This document shows positions 53,476 to 64,000 of a DNA stretch of 64,000 nucleotides, piece by piece. The notes beneath the pieces were generated by a model. It had not been told where the DNA came from. It saw only the letters and a list, made by a program, of their open reading frames with translations, and did not search any database. Made by a program: the position numbers and the translations under genes. Each line of letters starts with the position of its first letter. The first letter of the stretch is position 1. Source of the DNA: Mustelus asterias (lineage: Eukaryota); NCBI RefSeq assembly GCF_964213995.1, contig NC_135811.1, positions 51,274,001 through 51,338,000 on the forward strand, in the 5' to 3' direction.

Positions 53476-54660
53476 CATTTGATGAATGGCAGAGCAGGCG
53501 CGAAGGGCCAAATGGCCTACTCCTGCTTCTATTTTCTATGTTCCTATGAATAAGCTAAGTGGGATTTTGCTGAGTCTAACTGTGCAACACCACAACTGAT
53601 CTCTGAAATTCGTGCATGTTGATTTTCTTTGACTTACGACTGGTAGTAATTAGTTATTAACAGACTGTCTCAGGGGAGAAAAATGTGTACCCTGTTTGCC
53701 CTTACATTTCAGTTATGCAGAAACTTGCCAGGAATCTATAACCCTTTGTAAAATTTGTACATGGATGCTGCACAAATCTTTGGATTTTAAGTTTTGTTTC
53801 TGGATCCCAAATAACCAAATGAGTCAGTAAAGGAGAAAACTAGAAAATATATTTATAAACTAATATATATATAAGGATAAAAACATGATTTGGAATGTGA
53901 TGTTCCAGTGGAAATTATTGTTAGTTCTTTTGCTGGGACACAGTAGGCTATGATGTGAACAACACTACATCATTAATGTTGCTATGTAAAGGAACATCAT
54001 TCCATTCTTAGAAAAGGTTATTGTGCTCTATTAATAAATGATTGAATATTAGATTATGCACTCTTCAGGTCTTAATCTGAAGGACCCAGATTCATGCTTG
54101 ACGAGCAGAGGTGTAGTGGGGGAGAATTGCCAGTTTCCCATGTCGGGCTCGAAATTGTCAGTTATGGTGACTTATCAAAGTCAGGACACGTGCCATCAGC
54201 GACAGTCAGCCTGAAGATGTACCAGCAAGAAGTTCCGTGCCACTTTGGTGCCTGGGAAAGGCCAGAAAGCTGATTTTTGCTCCCTAGGGAAGAGATGTTT
54301 GCCCACATTGGATCCATTGTGGGATCGATCATCATTGCCTCCGATGTTTGGGAGGATTTTTAATGGAACTCACGCCAGCAGTTAGCTTGTGAGGGTGCAG
54401 ATGAGCTTTTGCAATGACATAAAAAACTGTTGTCCCCAGGATGAATTGGAAACTTTACAGAAATTTTACTCTGAACAAAGACCGGCCTTCTTTTGATACC
54501 TCCAGATGGAGGAGGAGGCAGTGGTGTAGTGGTATTGCCAGTGGGTTAGTAATCCAGAGACCCAGGGTAATGCTCTGGGGACCCGGGTTCGAATACCATT
54601 ACGGCATATGATGCGATTTCATAAAAATCTGGAAAATAAAAGACTAATGATGACTAATGA

Positions 54661-56039
54661 TTTCACCATCAGTAGTGGGGAAAATCCTCAAATCTATTAT
54701 CAAGAACTTTATAACGGAGCATTTAGAAAGCAGTGGCAGGATCAGACAGAGTCAGCATGGATTTAAGTAGGGGAAATCATGCTTGACAAATCTGTTGGAA
54801 TTCTTCGAAGATGTAACCAGTAGAGTTGACAAGGGGAAACCAGTTGATGTAGTATATTTGGACATTCAGAAAGCGTTTGACAAAGTCCCGCACAAGAGAT
54901 TATCATTCAAGATGAAAGCACATGGGATTGGGGGAAGTGGATAGAAAACTGGTTAGCAGAGAGGAAACAAAGAGTAGGAATTAATGGATGCTTTTCAAAT
55001 TGGCAGGCAGTGACTAGTGGGGTGCCACAGGGATCGGTGCTGGGACCCCAGCTATTCACAATATATATTAATAATTTGGATGAGGGAATAAAATGTAACA
55101 TCTCAAAGTTTGCAGATGATACCATGTTGGGTGGGAGGGTGAACTGTGACAAGGATGCAGACATCCTTCTGAATGATCTGGAAAAGTTGGGTGAGTGGGT
55201 TAATCAATGGTAGATGCAGTATACTTTGGATAAATGTGAGGTTATTCACTTTGGAAGCAAAAACAAGGCAGCAGATTACTACCTAGATGGCTGTAAATTG
55301 GAAGAGGGGAGTGTGCAGCGGGATCTAGGTGTCCTTGTGCACCAGTCACTGAAGGTAAGCATGCAGGTGCAGCAGCAGTAAAGAAGGCAAATGGTATGTT
55401 GGCCTTCATTGCGAGAGGTTTTGAGTATAGGAGCAGGGATGCGTTGTTGTAATTATACAGGACCTTGGTGAGGCCACACCTAGAGTATTGTGTGCAGTTT
55501 TGGTCTCCTTTCTGAGGAAGGATGTTCTTGCTCTCGAGGGAGTGCAGCGAAGGTTTACCAGGCTGATTCCGGGGATGGCGGGACTGATGTATGAGGAGAG
55601 ATTGACTAGGTTAGGATTGTTTTTGTTGGAGTTCAGATGAATAAAGGGGGGAATCTCATAGAGACTTATAAAATTCTAACTGGACTAGACAGGGTAGATG
55701 CAGGGAGGATGTTCCCGATGGTGGGGGAGGCCAGAATCAATGGTCACAGTCTGAGGATTCAGGGTAGACAATTTAGGACAGAGTTGAGGAGACATTTCTT
55801 CACCCAATGACTGGTGAGTCTGTGGAATTAATTACCACAGGAAGTAGTTGATGCCAAACCATTGAATGTATTCAAGAGGCGGCTGGATATAGCACTTGGG
55901 GTGAATGGGATCAAAGGTTATGGGGAGAAAGCAGGATTAGGCTATTGACTTGGATGATCAGCCATGATCGTGATGACTGGTGGAGCAGGCTCGAAGGGTC
56001 AAATGGCCTCCTCCTGCTCCCATCTTCTATGTTTCTATG
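54661..56039 (+). mobile_element. CR1 RT-to-3' fragment
   Basis: [23 protein letters not shown]...KFADDT; tail TTCTATGTTTCTATG. Confidence 0.92.
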
Positions 56040-56127
56040 AAACCATTGTAGATAGTTGGAAAAACCCATCTGATTCAGTAATGTGAAGGAAATCTGCCAT
56101 CCTTACCTGGTCTGGCCGACATGTGAT

Positions 56128-56265
56128 GATGTGGAGATGCCGGCGTTGGACTGGGGTAAACACAGTAAGAAGTTTAACAACACCAGGTTAAAGTCCAACA
56201 GGTTTGTTTGGTAGCAAAAGCCACACAAGCTTTTGGAGCTTCAAGCCCCTTCTTCAGGTGAGTGG
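56128..56265 (-). mobile_element. Solo Penelope pLTR inserted in a SINE
   Basis: Closely matches 15014-15112 plus the tail; TSD-like ACATGTGATG on both sides; hammerhead GAAA decayed to AAAA. Confidence 0.88.
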
Positions 56266-57099
56266 TACATGTGATGCCAGATCCACAGCAATGTGGTTGA
56301 CTCATAACTGCCACTCAATTCAAGGGCAATTAGGAATGGGCAACAAATACTAGCTTTGCTACCGACGCCCAACACCCCATGAAAGAATAAAAAATATTTG
56401 AATCTAACTGCAGTGGAAATCTAATGGAGCCAGATAGTACTCCTTAAATGAGATCCCTGAAGGGTGAGATGTCCATCTACTGCTCTCAGGAAATTACGGT
56501 GGTGGGGGAGGTGGGGAGGAGGGGGTGGTGGTGGTGTAGAAGTTGGACTCTGTAATGCCGATGTTTTAGCTGCCACGTGGCCTCCTAATTGCAGCCGAGA
56601 TGCATGCGTGTGTGTTTGATGAGAAATATGCTGGACACCATCTTGGTAAAGAGACTTGTACACGTGCACCTTTAGTGATCTCTGGCAGTATATAGAGCAG
56701 GCAGATTATGATAGTAGTCAGTGTGGAATGTGAAACATCCATATTCCAGTCTTAATCATAGCCAAACACCTCATTAAATGGCACAAAAGAATCCCCACTC
56801 CCCCACAATCCCATGAACTACTTGCAGGCTAGTTGATGGATTATTTCTTCTGGATGTTGATGCAATTATCTTTGTTTTTGGAGCTTTCCTACACTTAATT
56901 CAGTAATCTCCAAAGAGTGGCCTGGCTGCTGCTTTCTTGAAACTTTCTTGTTGATTTTCAAAGCTGAAACCAGTCGCCAACAGATGTTGGTGGCCTGGTG
57001 GAGTTTCCTCGGAGAATTCAATATGGCCAACAGACTGAAGAGAGGCTGCACACAGAGCAGAAGAAACTGCTAGAATAGGGAAGAGCAGCAAGCTACAGG

Positions 57100-57380
57100 G
57101 TCGATAGCGAGCAATTATTTCTGAATTTAAATGACGAACAATGCTTGAGGTCTTTTAGCTATGAGGGCGTGTCTGAAACCCGCCAACTGCTGCAACCACT
57201 GCTGCAAGTTCAAAGTGACTGAAGGACAGCATTGCCTGTGGCTGTCAAGGTGACCCTTGCCTGTGTTCCTTCTAGGCTGTTACTGGAGCAATAAACAATC
57301 TCCCGATTTGCGGTATACTGCTTCATAAAGGAGAGGCCTGAGGCATCTCTATACATAGAGAAACATCTAATTCCCTCTTT
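57100..57380 (+). pseudogene. Decayed PIF/Harbinger (HARBI1-like) transposase N-terminal fragment
   Basis: Interrupted translation FLNLNDEQCLR...RTALPVAVKVTLA...FAVYCFIKE resembles the Harbinger HTH region; contains stops and frameshifts. Confidence 0.55.
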
Positions 57381-57944
57381 CTCAAGACAGATGTAGAAAG
57401 GTGTTGATCCAGAAGGAACTGTTCCAGTGTCGACAATAAAACTTACTCCAACTTATAAATCAAAGAAAAGGTTTAATAAAAAAAACTTCATTAATCCAAA
57501 CTTGAGGCCTCACCCTGGGCCATTCCAAAGTTCCCCACAATTCCCAACATGTTCTAATTGATGCTGAGTCAGCTGATCATCGCATCATTCTGTCATTGGT
57601 TACATTGTTTACTGGGTCAGCAGACCCTTACAGCTTGTTACCATTGGTCATATTACAACAGGTCCAATGTTATTATGGGTTATATTCTAACAAAAGATTG
57701 AGGGTTTGCATAGAAAGTAGGCTTGCCTATGTTGTACAGTGCATTGACTGCATGCACGTCGCCTTGCGTGTAGCTCATGTGAATTTTGTCTTGTTCATGA
57801 ACTGAAAGGGATTCCACTCCTTTAAGGTGCAGCTGGTGTGTGATCACAAGCCGTGCATCAAGCAGATGAATGCCCATTTTCCTCTGCCTCAGAGACTGAT
57901 TCCTGGGTAATGAGGACTACCCATCCATGACAAGCCCTGGGCTT

Positions 57945-59910
57945 TGATTAGATTTATTGTTGTCACGTGTATTGGGAAACAGTAAAAAGTATTGTTTCTT
58001 GTGCGCTATACAGACAAAGCATACCGTTCATTCAGTACATAAAGGAGAAGTAAAGGAGAGGTTGCAGATTATAGTATTGTAGTCACAGAGAGGGTGTAGA
58101 AAACAAAGAACAAAGAAAATTACAGCACACGAACAGGCCCTTCGGCCCTCCAAGCCTGCACCGACCATGCTGCCTGACTTAACTAAAACCCCCTACACTT
58201 CCAGGGACCATATCCCTCCATTCCCATCTCATTCATGTACTTGTCAAGACGCTCCTTAAAAGTCACTACCATATCCGCTTCCACTACCTCCCCCGGCAAC
58301 GAGTTCCAGGCACCCACCACTCTCTGTGTAAAAAATCTGCCTCGTACATTTCCTTTAAACCTTGCCCCTCGCACCTTAAACCTGTGCTCCCTAGTAATTG
58401 ACTCTTCCACCCTGGGAAAATGCTTCTGACTATCCACTCTGTCCCTGCCTCTCATAATCTTGTAGACTTCTATCAGGTCTCCCCTCAACCTCCGTCGCTC
58501 CAGTGAGAACAAACCAGGTTTCTCCAACCTCTCCTCATAGCTAATGCCCTCCATACCAGGCAACATCCTGGTAAATCTTTTCTGTACCCTCTCCAAAGCC
58601 TCCACGTCCTTCTGGTAGTGTGGCAACCAGAATTGAACACTATATTCCAAGTGCGGCCTCACTAAGGTTCTATAAAGCGTCAACATGACTTGCCAATTTT
58701 TAAACTCAATCCGGCCAATGAAGGCAAGCATGCCGTATGCCTTCTTGACTACCTTCTCCACCTGCATTGCCACTTTCAGTGACCTGTGTACCTGTACACC
58801 CAGATCCCTTTGCCTATCAATACTCCTAAGGGTTCTGCCATTTACTGTATATTTCCTATCTGTATTAGAGCTTCCATAATGCATTACCTCACATTTGCCC
58901 AGATTAAACTCCATCTGTCATCTCTCCGCCCAAGTCTCCAACTGATCTATATCCTGCTATATCCTCTGATGGTCCTCATCGCTATCCGCACATCCACCAA
59001 CCTTGTGTCGTTCGCAAACTTACTAATCAATCCAGTTACATTTTCCTCCAAATCATTTATATATATTACAAACAGCAAAGGTCCCAGCACTGATCCCTGA
59101 GGAACACCACTTGTCACAGCCCTCCATTCAGAAACGCACCCTTCCACTGCTACCCTCTGTCTTCTTTGACCGAGCCAGTTTTGTATCCACCTTGCCAGCT
59201 CACCTCTGATCCCATGCGACCTCACCTTCTGCACCAGTCTGCCATGAGGAACCTTGTCAAAGGCCTTACTGAAGTCCATGTAGACAACATCCACTGCCCT
59301 ACCCTCATCAATCATCTTCGTCACTTCCTCGAAAAACTCGATCAAGTTCGTGAGACACGACCTCCCCTTCACAAAACCATGTTGTCTCTCACTAATACGT
59401 CCACTTATTTCCAAGTGGGAATAAATCCTGTCTCGAAGAATCCGCTCCAATAATTTCCCTACCACTGATGTAAGGCTCACCGGCCTGTAGTTACCTGGAT
59501 TATTCTTGCTACAGGCCACAGCCACAGGCTGAAAGATCAGCTTAATATAAGGTAGGTCCATTCAAAGGTCTGATGGCAGCAGGGAAGGAGCTGTTCTTGA
59601 GTCGGTTGGTACGTGATCTCAGACTTTTGTATCTTTTTCCTGACGGAAGAAGGTGGAAGAGAGAATGCCCTGGTGCGTGGGGTCCTTAATTATGCTGGCT
59701 GCTTTTCCAAGACAGCAGGAAGTACAGACGGAGCCAATGGATAGGGGGCTGGTTTTCATGATGGACTGGGCGACGTTCATGACCCTTTGTAGTCTCCTGG
59801 TCTTGGTCAGAGCAGGAGCCATACCAAGCTGCAATATAACCAGAAAGAATGCTTTCTATGGTGCATCTGTAAAAATTAGTGCGTGTCCTAGAGGACATGC
59901 CAAATTTCCT
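57945..59910 (-). mobile_element. Rex1/Babar LINE 3' fragment split by a CR1
   Basis: Tail at 57945-58100; TNFYRCTIESILSGYIAAWYGSCS at 59531-59910. Confidence 0.85.
58102..59512 (-). mobile_element. CR1 RT-to-3' fragment
   Basis: [15 protein letters not shown]...[12 protein letters not shown]...DFSKAFDKV...[10 protein letters not shown]; frameshift near 58950-59000. Confidence 0.95.
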
Positions 59911-60124
59911 TGGACTCCAGTCTGGAACCTGTATATGTGTGCACGTACAATGAGAGCTTTGCTGCCACAAGGAATATTATAGAGTGTACCACCCATGTCC
60001 TCGAGCATTACTTCAGCTGGTTTGGACTGATCTGGAATGGCCCATCAGCATTCACCTAACTGGGTGGCAAGAAGGGGATCCCTATATCGGAGCTTCTCTT
60101 GTTTTTCCCTTTACTATTGCAATT

Positions 60125-60723
60125 GTACTGCTGCCTCACAGCACCAAGAACCCAGGTTCGATTCCGGCCTTTGGTGGCTGTTTACATGGGTTTCCTCCGG
60201 GTCCTCTGATTTCCTCCCACAGTCCAAAGATGTGTAGGTTAGGGGGATTAGCCATGGTAAATGCGTGGGGTTATGGGGATAGGACAGGGAGTGGTGGGCC
60301 TGAGTAAGATGCTCTTTCGGAGAGTCAGTGCAGACTCGATGGGCCTAATGGCCTCCTTCATCTGCATTGTGGGGATTCAGTGATCCTATTTCATTAAACG
60401 GTTAAAAGTGGCACAGTGGTTAGCACTGCTGCCTCACAGCAGCAGGGACCCAGGTTCGATTCCCGGCTTGGGTCACTGTCTGTGTGGAGTTTGCTCGTTC
60501 TCCCCATGTCTGCGTGGGTTTCCTCCGGGTGCTCTGGTTTCCTCCCACAGTCCAAAGATGTGCTGGTTAGGTGGATTGGCCATGTTAAATTGCCCCTTAG
60601 TGTCAGCGGGACTAGTTAGGACAAATGTATGGCGTTTGGGGATAGGGCCCGGGTGGGATTGTGGTCAGTGCAGACTTGATGGGCTGAATGGCCTCCTTCT
60701 GCACTGTAGGATTCTATGATTCT
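60125..60723 (+). mobile_element. Two tandem V-SINEs (60125-60385 and 60408-60723)
   Basis: Consensus match, twice. Confidence 0.87.
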
Positions 60724-60914
60724 AATTGCTCCTCTTCCTCCTCTTCATGCTGCTGATTGGTGGTGATGAGGTTGTTCCCTTGTAAAAGCCAGCTTATACA
60801 TCATGCAGCATATTATCATCAATCTTTCTGTTTGATTAAATAATCAACAAGCAATTCCAATAACCTCAGCTACATTTCCCCATTCAGCAAGCATCCCACG
60901 TTTCTTACCTTCTA

Positions 60915-61863
60915 CTATGACTTAGAGGAGGGGGCTGAAGGGTGGATCAGTAAATTTGCTGATGACACCAAGATTGGTGGAGTAGTGGATGAGGTGGAGG
61001 GGTGCTGTAGGCTGCAAAGAGACATAGATAGGATGCAAAGCTGGGCTGAAAAATGGCAAATGGAGTTTAACCCTGATAAATGTAAGGTGATTCATTTTGG
61101 TAGGACAAATTTAAATGTGGATTACAGGGTCAAAGGTAGGGTTCTGAAGACTGTGGAGGAACAGAGAGATCTTGGGGTCCATATCCACAGATCTCTAAAG
61201 GTTGCCACTCAAGTGGATAGAGCTGTGAAGAAGGCATATAGTGTGTTAGCTTTTATTAACAGGGGGTTGGAGTTTAAGAGCCGTGGGGTTATGCTGCAAC
61301 TGTACAGGACCTTGGTGAGACCGCATTTGGAATATTGCGTGCAGTTCTGGTCACCTCACTATAAGAAGGATGTGGAAGCGCTGGAAAGAGTGCAGAGGAG
61401 ATTTACCAGGATGCTGCCTGGTTTGGAGTGTCGGTCTTATGAGGAAAGGTTGAGGGAGCTGGGGCTGTTCTCTCTGGAGCGGAGGAGATTGAGGGGAGAC
61501 TTAATAGAGGTTTATAAAATGATGAAGGGGATAGATCGAGTGAACGTTCAAAGACTATTTCCTCGGGTGGATGGAGCTATTACAAGGGGGCATAACTATA
61601 GGGTTCATGGTGGGAGATATAGGAAGGATATCAGAGGTAGGTTCTTCACGCAGAGAGTGGTTGGGGTGTGGAATGGACTGCCTGCAGTGATAGTGGAGTC
61701 AGACACTTTAGGATCATTTAAGCGGTTATTGGATAGGCACATGGAGCACACCAGGATGGTAGGGAGTGGGATAGCTTGATCTTGGTTTCAGATGAAGGTC
61801 GGCACAACATCGTGGGCCGAAGGGCCTGTTCTGTGCTGTACTGTTCTATGTTCTATGTTCTAT
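60915..61863 (+). mobile_element. CR1 RT-to-3' fragment with open frame
   Basis: KFADDTK through WQMEFNPDKC...RPHLEYCVQFWSP...WNGLP; (TTCTATG)n tail. Confidence 0.95.
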
Positions 61864-61904
61864 ATCACTGACCAAAACGTTGTCCTCACCAGGCACTCCG
61901 GTTT

Positions 61905-62207
61905 AGTTTAAAGTTTTTAAAGTTTATTTATTAGTGTCACAAGTAGACTTACATTAACACTACAATGCAGTTACTGTGAAAATCCCCTAGTCGCCACACT
62001 CTGGCGCCTGTCCGGGTACACTGAGGGAGAATTTAGCATGGCCAATGCACATAACCAGCACGTCTGTGGGTGGAAACCAGAGCACCCGGAGGAAACCCAT
62101 ACAGACACAGGGAGAACGTGTAGACTCCGCTCAGACAGTGACCCAACCCTAGCCAGGAATCAAACCAGGGTCCCTGTGAGGCAGCAGTGTGCCTCTGTGC
62201 CACCCCT
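61905..62207 (-). mobile_element. Alternative-tail V-SINE
   Basis: tttatttattagtgtcacaagtagacttacattaacac followed by the V core. Confidence 0.85.
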
Positions 62208-62388
62208 AGGGCCTAGAAGGGTCAGCTTCAGACTGCACCATTATAGCTTGGATGGCAAAACTCTGGGGTGGCTGGCTGACAGATGACATCAAGGACATTG
62301 GTGCAAACTCAGTGGCTGGAGAACAAATGCTGTCATTCTGCAAAGAACAGCATATTATCATATTCTACAGAGTCACTGCTCTGGAAGG

Positions 62389-62782
62389 GAGGCAATGGCC
62401 TAGTGGTATTATCACTAGACTATTAATCCAGAAATTCAGCTAATGATCTGGGGACCGGGTTCGAATCCTGTCTCAAATGGTGGAATTTGAATTCAATAAA
62501 AAATATCTGGAATTAAGAATCTACTGATGACCATGAAAGCATTGTTAATTGTCATAAAAATCCAATGTCCTTTAGGGAAGGAAATCTGCCGTCCTTAACT
62601 GATCTGGCCTACATGTGACTCCAAAGCAATGTAGTTGACTCTCCACTACCCTTCAAAATGGCGTAACAAGCCACTCAGCTGCATCTCAAGAAGGCAGCTC
62701 ACCACTACCTTCTCAAGGGCAATGAGGGATGGGCAGAAATGCTGGCTTAGCAAGAGACGTCCTTGTTCCACAAATGAATTTT
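62389..62782 (+). mobile_element. L2-tail SINE
   Basis: Same family as 46197-46560. Confidence 0.8.
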
Positions 62783-63073
62783 TAAAAATCCCACATATAC
62801 ACCCATCAGCCTTTTACTGTAGCCTGGCCCATCCTCCTCTGACCAGTGTGTGACCTTCACCACCAGTGAGCTTTGATGGTGGGATGAGGGAAGAATTCAA
62901 AGGGAAGAGGATTAGGTATGCAGATACACTTGTCATCAATGCAGCCCCATCCATGGCCTCGTGATGCCTCCTCTATCCAGGGTGGCCAACACTCTCTCCT
63001 CCATGTGGGTTATGCCTTCTCCAGCTCTGCTGCTGACTTCTGTTATGTTCCATCTTCTCTTGCTTGCTGAATG

Positions 63074-63390
63074 GGGTGGCACAGTGGTTAGCACTGCTGT
63101 CTCACAGCGCCAGGATCCCATGTTCAATTCCGGCCTCGGGTCACTGTCTGTGTTGGAGTTTGCACATTCTCCCCATATGTGCGTGGGTTTCCTCCCGCGT
63201 GCTCCAGTTTCCACCCACACTCCAAAGATGTGCAGGTTAGGTTGATTGGCCATGCTAAATTGACCCTAGTGTCAGGAGAAATAGTGGAGTAAATGCATGG
63301 GGTTACTGGAATAGGGCCTGGGTGGGATTGTGGTTGGGACAGACTCAATGGGCCAAATGGCCTCCTTCTGTACTATAGGGATTCTATGAA
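63074..63390 (+). mobile_element. V-SINE
   Basis: Consensus match. Confidence 0.88.
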
Positions 63391-63699
63391 ATTCTCCTGC
63401 AAGAAAGAGTAAAGTGAGTCAGGGAATGTCTTTTAATATGCTTGGGTGATGCAGTTGCCATGGTTGAATAGTTAGCAGTGTGTACTGGTGACGCTTGCAG
63501 TAGTTCTGTGTGTTAAATTGAGGCAAAACATATGGATTTTCGGGTTGGATATTGGCTGATAGATATTGTTGGTTGGTTACGGGGGTGGGGTGAATTGGGC
63601 AGCTCTTGAAGCAGTTGGTACGATTTGTCATCTGGAGGTGAATGCAATCCCCTTGACATCTCATGTGATTGGATGTGGTGCAGGAAAAAGTTTAACTAC

Positions 63700-64000
63700 T
63701 TTCTTGGAGCAACATTACTGGCACATCACTCATTACCATCCTGCCAAGAGACCAACCCTGGTTCAATGAGGAGTGCAGGATGGCATGCCAGGAGCAGCCC
63801 AGACATACCTAAATGCAAGCCTGATGAAGTTGCATCTCAGGACGACTGGGATGCTAAACAGCAGGAACCGCACATGGTGGACAAAGCAGAGATATCCCAC
63901 AGCCAAAAGATCAGATGAAAGTTCTGCAGTCCTGCCACATAGAGTTGTGTACATTGGTGGTAGCCAATTGAATAACTCACTGAAGGAAGAGGCTCCACAA
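63700..64000 (+). mobile_element. Decayed LINE ORF2 linker fragment (CR1/L2 group), running off the window
   Basis: caaccctggttcaatgaggagtgcagg translates to QPWFNEECR. Confidence 0.55.

Larger units (their letters stand above)
54517..56395 (+). mobile_element. L2-tail SINE split by a CR1 and a Penelope pLTR
   Basis: Head at 54517-54660; resumes at about 56038; ends at about 56390. Confidence 0.78.

Overview
Repeat-dense intronic DNA from a cartilaginous fish (shark), inferred from HE1-type V-SINEs, Deu-domain SINEs and HER1-like CR1 LINEs; the species cannot be determined here. The only host coding sequence I can support is a single 167-bp + strand exon (42225-42391) of cGMP-dependent protein kinase I (PRKG1, the exon at the start of cGMP-binding domain A). 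The rest appears to be the two large introns flanking it. They hold nested mobile DNA: CR1, Rex1/Babar and L2-like LINE fragments, four SINE types, a Gypsy integrase remnant, solo-LTR candidates and PIF/Harbinger MITEs. The most notable component is a Penelope-like element (PLE) system: one near-intact RT + GIY-YIG copy and six short derivatives from two families. All carry complete or partial minimal hammerhead-ribozyme motifs, and four are fold-back palindromes, one lying about 90 nt upstream of the PRKG1 exon. Other signals are an unexplained 191-bp near-perfect inverted repeat, an apparent SINE tail switch from CR1 to Rex1/Babar, and an unusually long target duplication. Almost all short ORFs in the supplied track are repeat-derived noise. 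Repeat boundaries were read by eye and are approximate unless a TSD is given.
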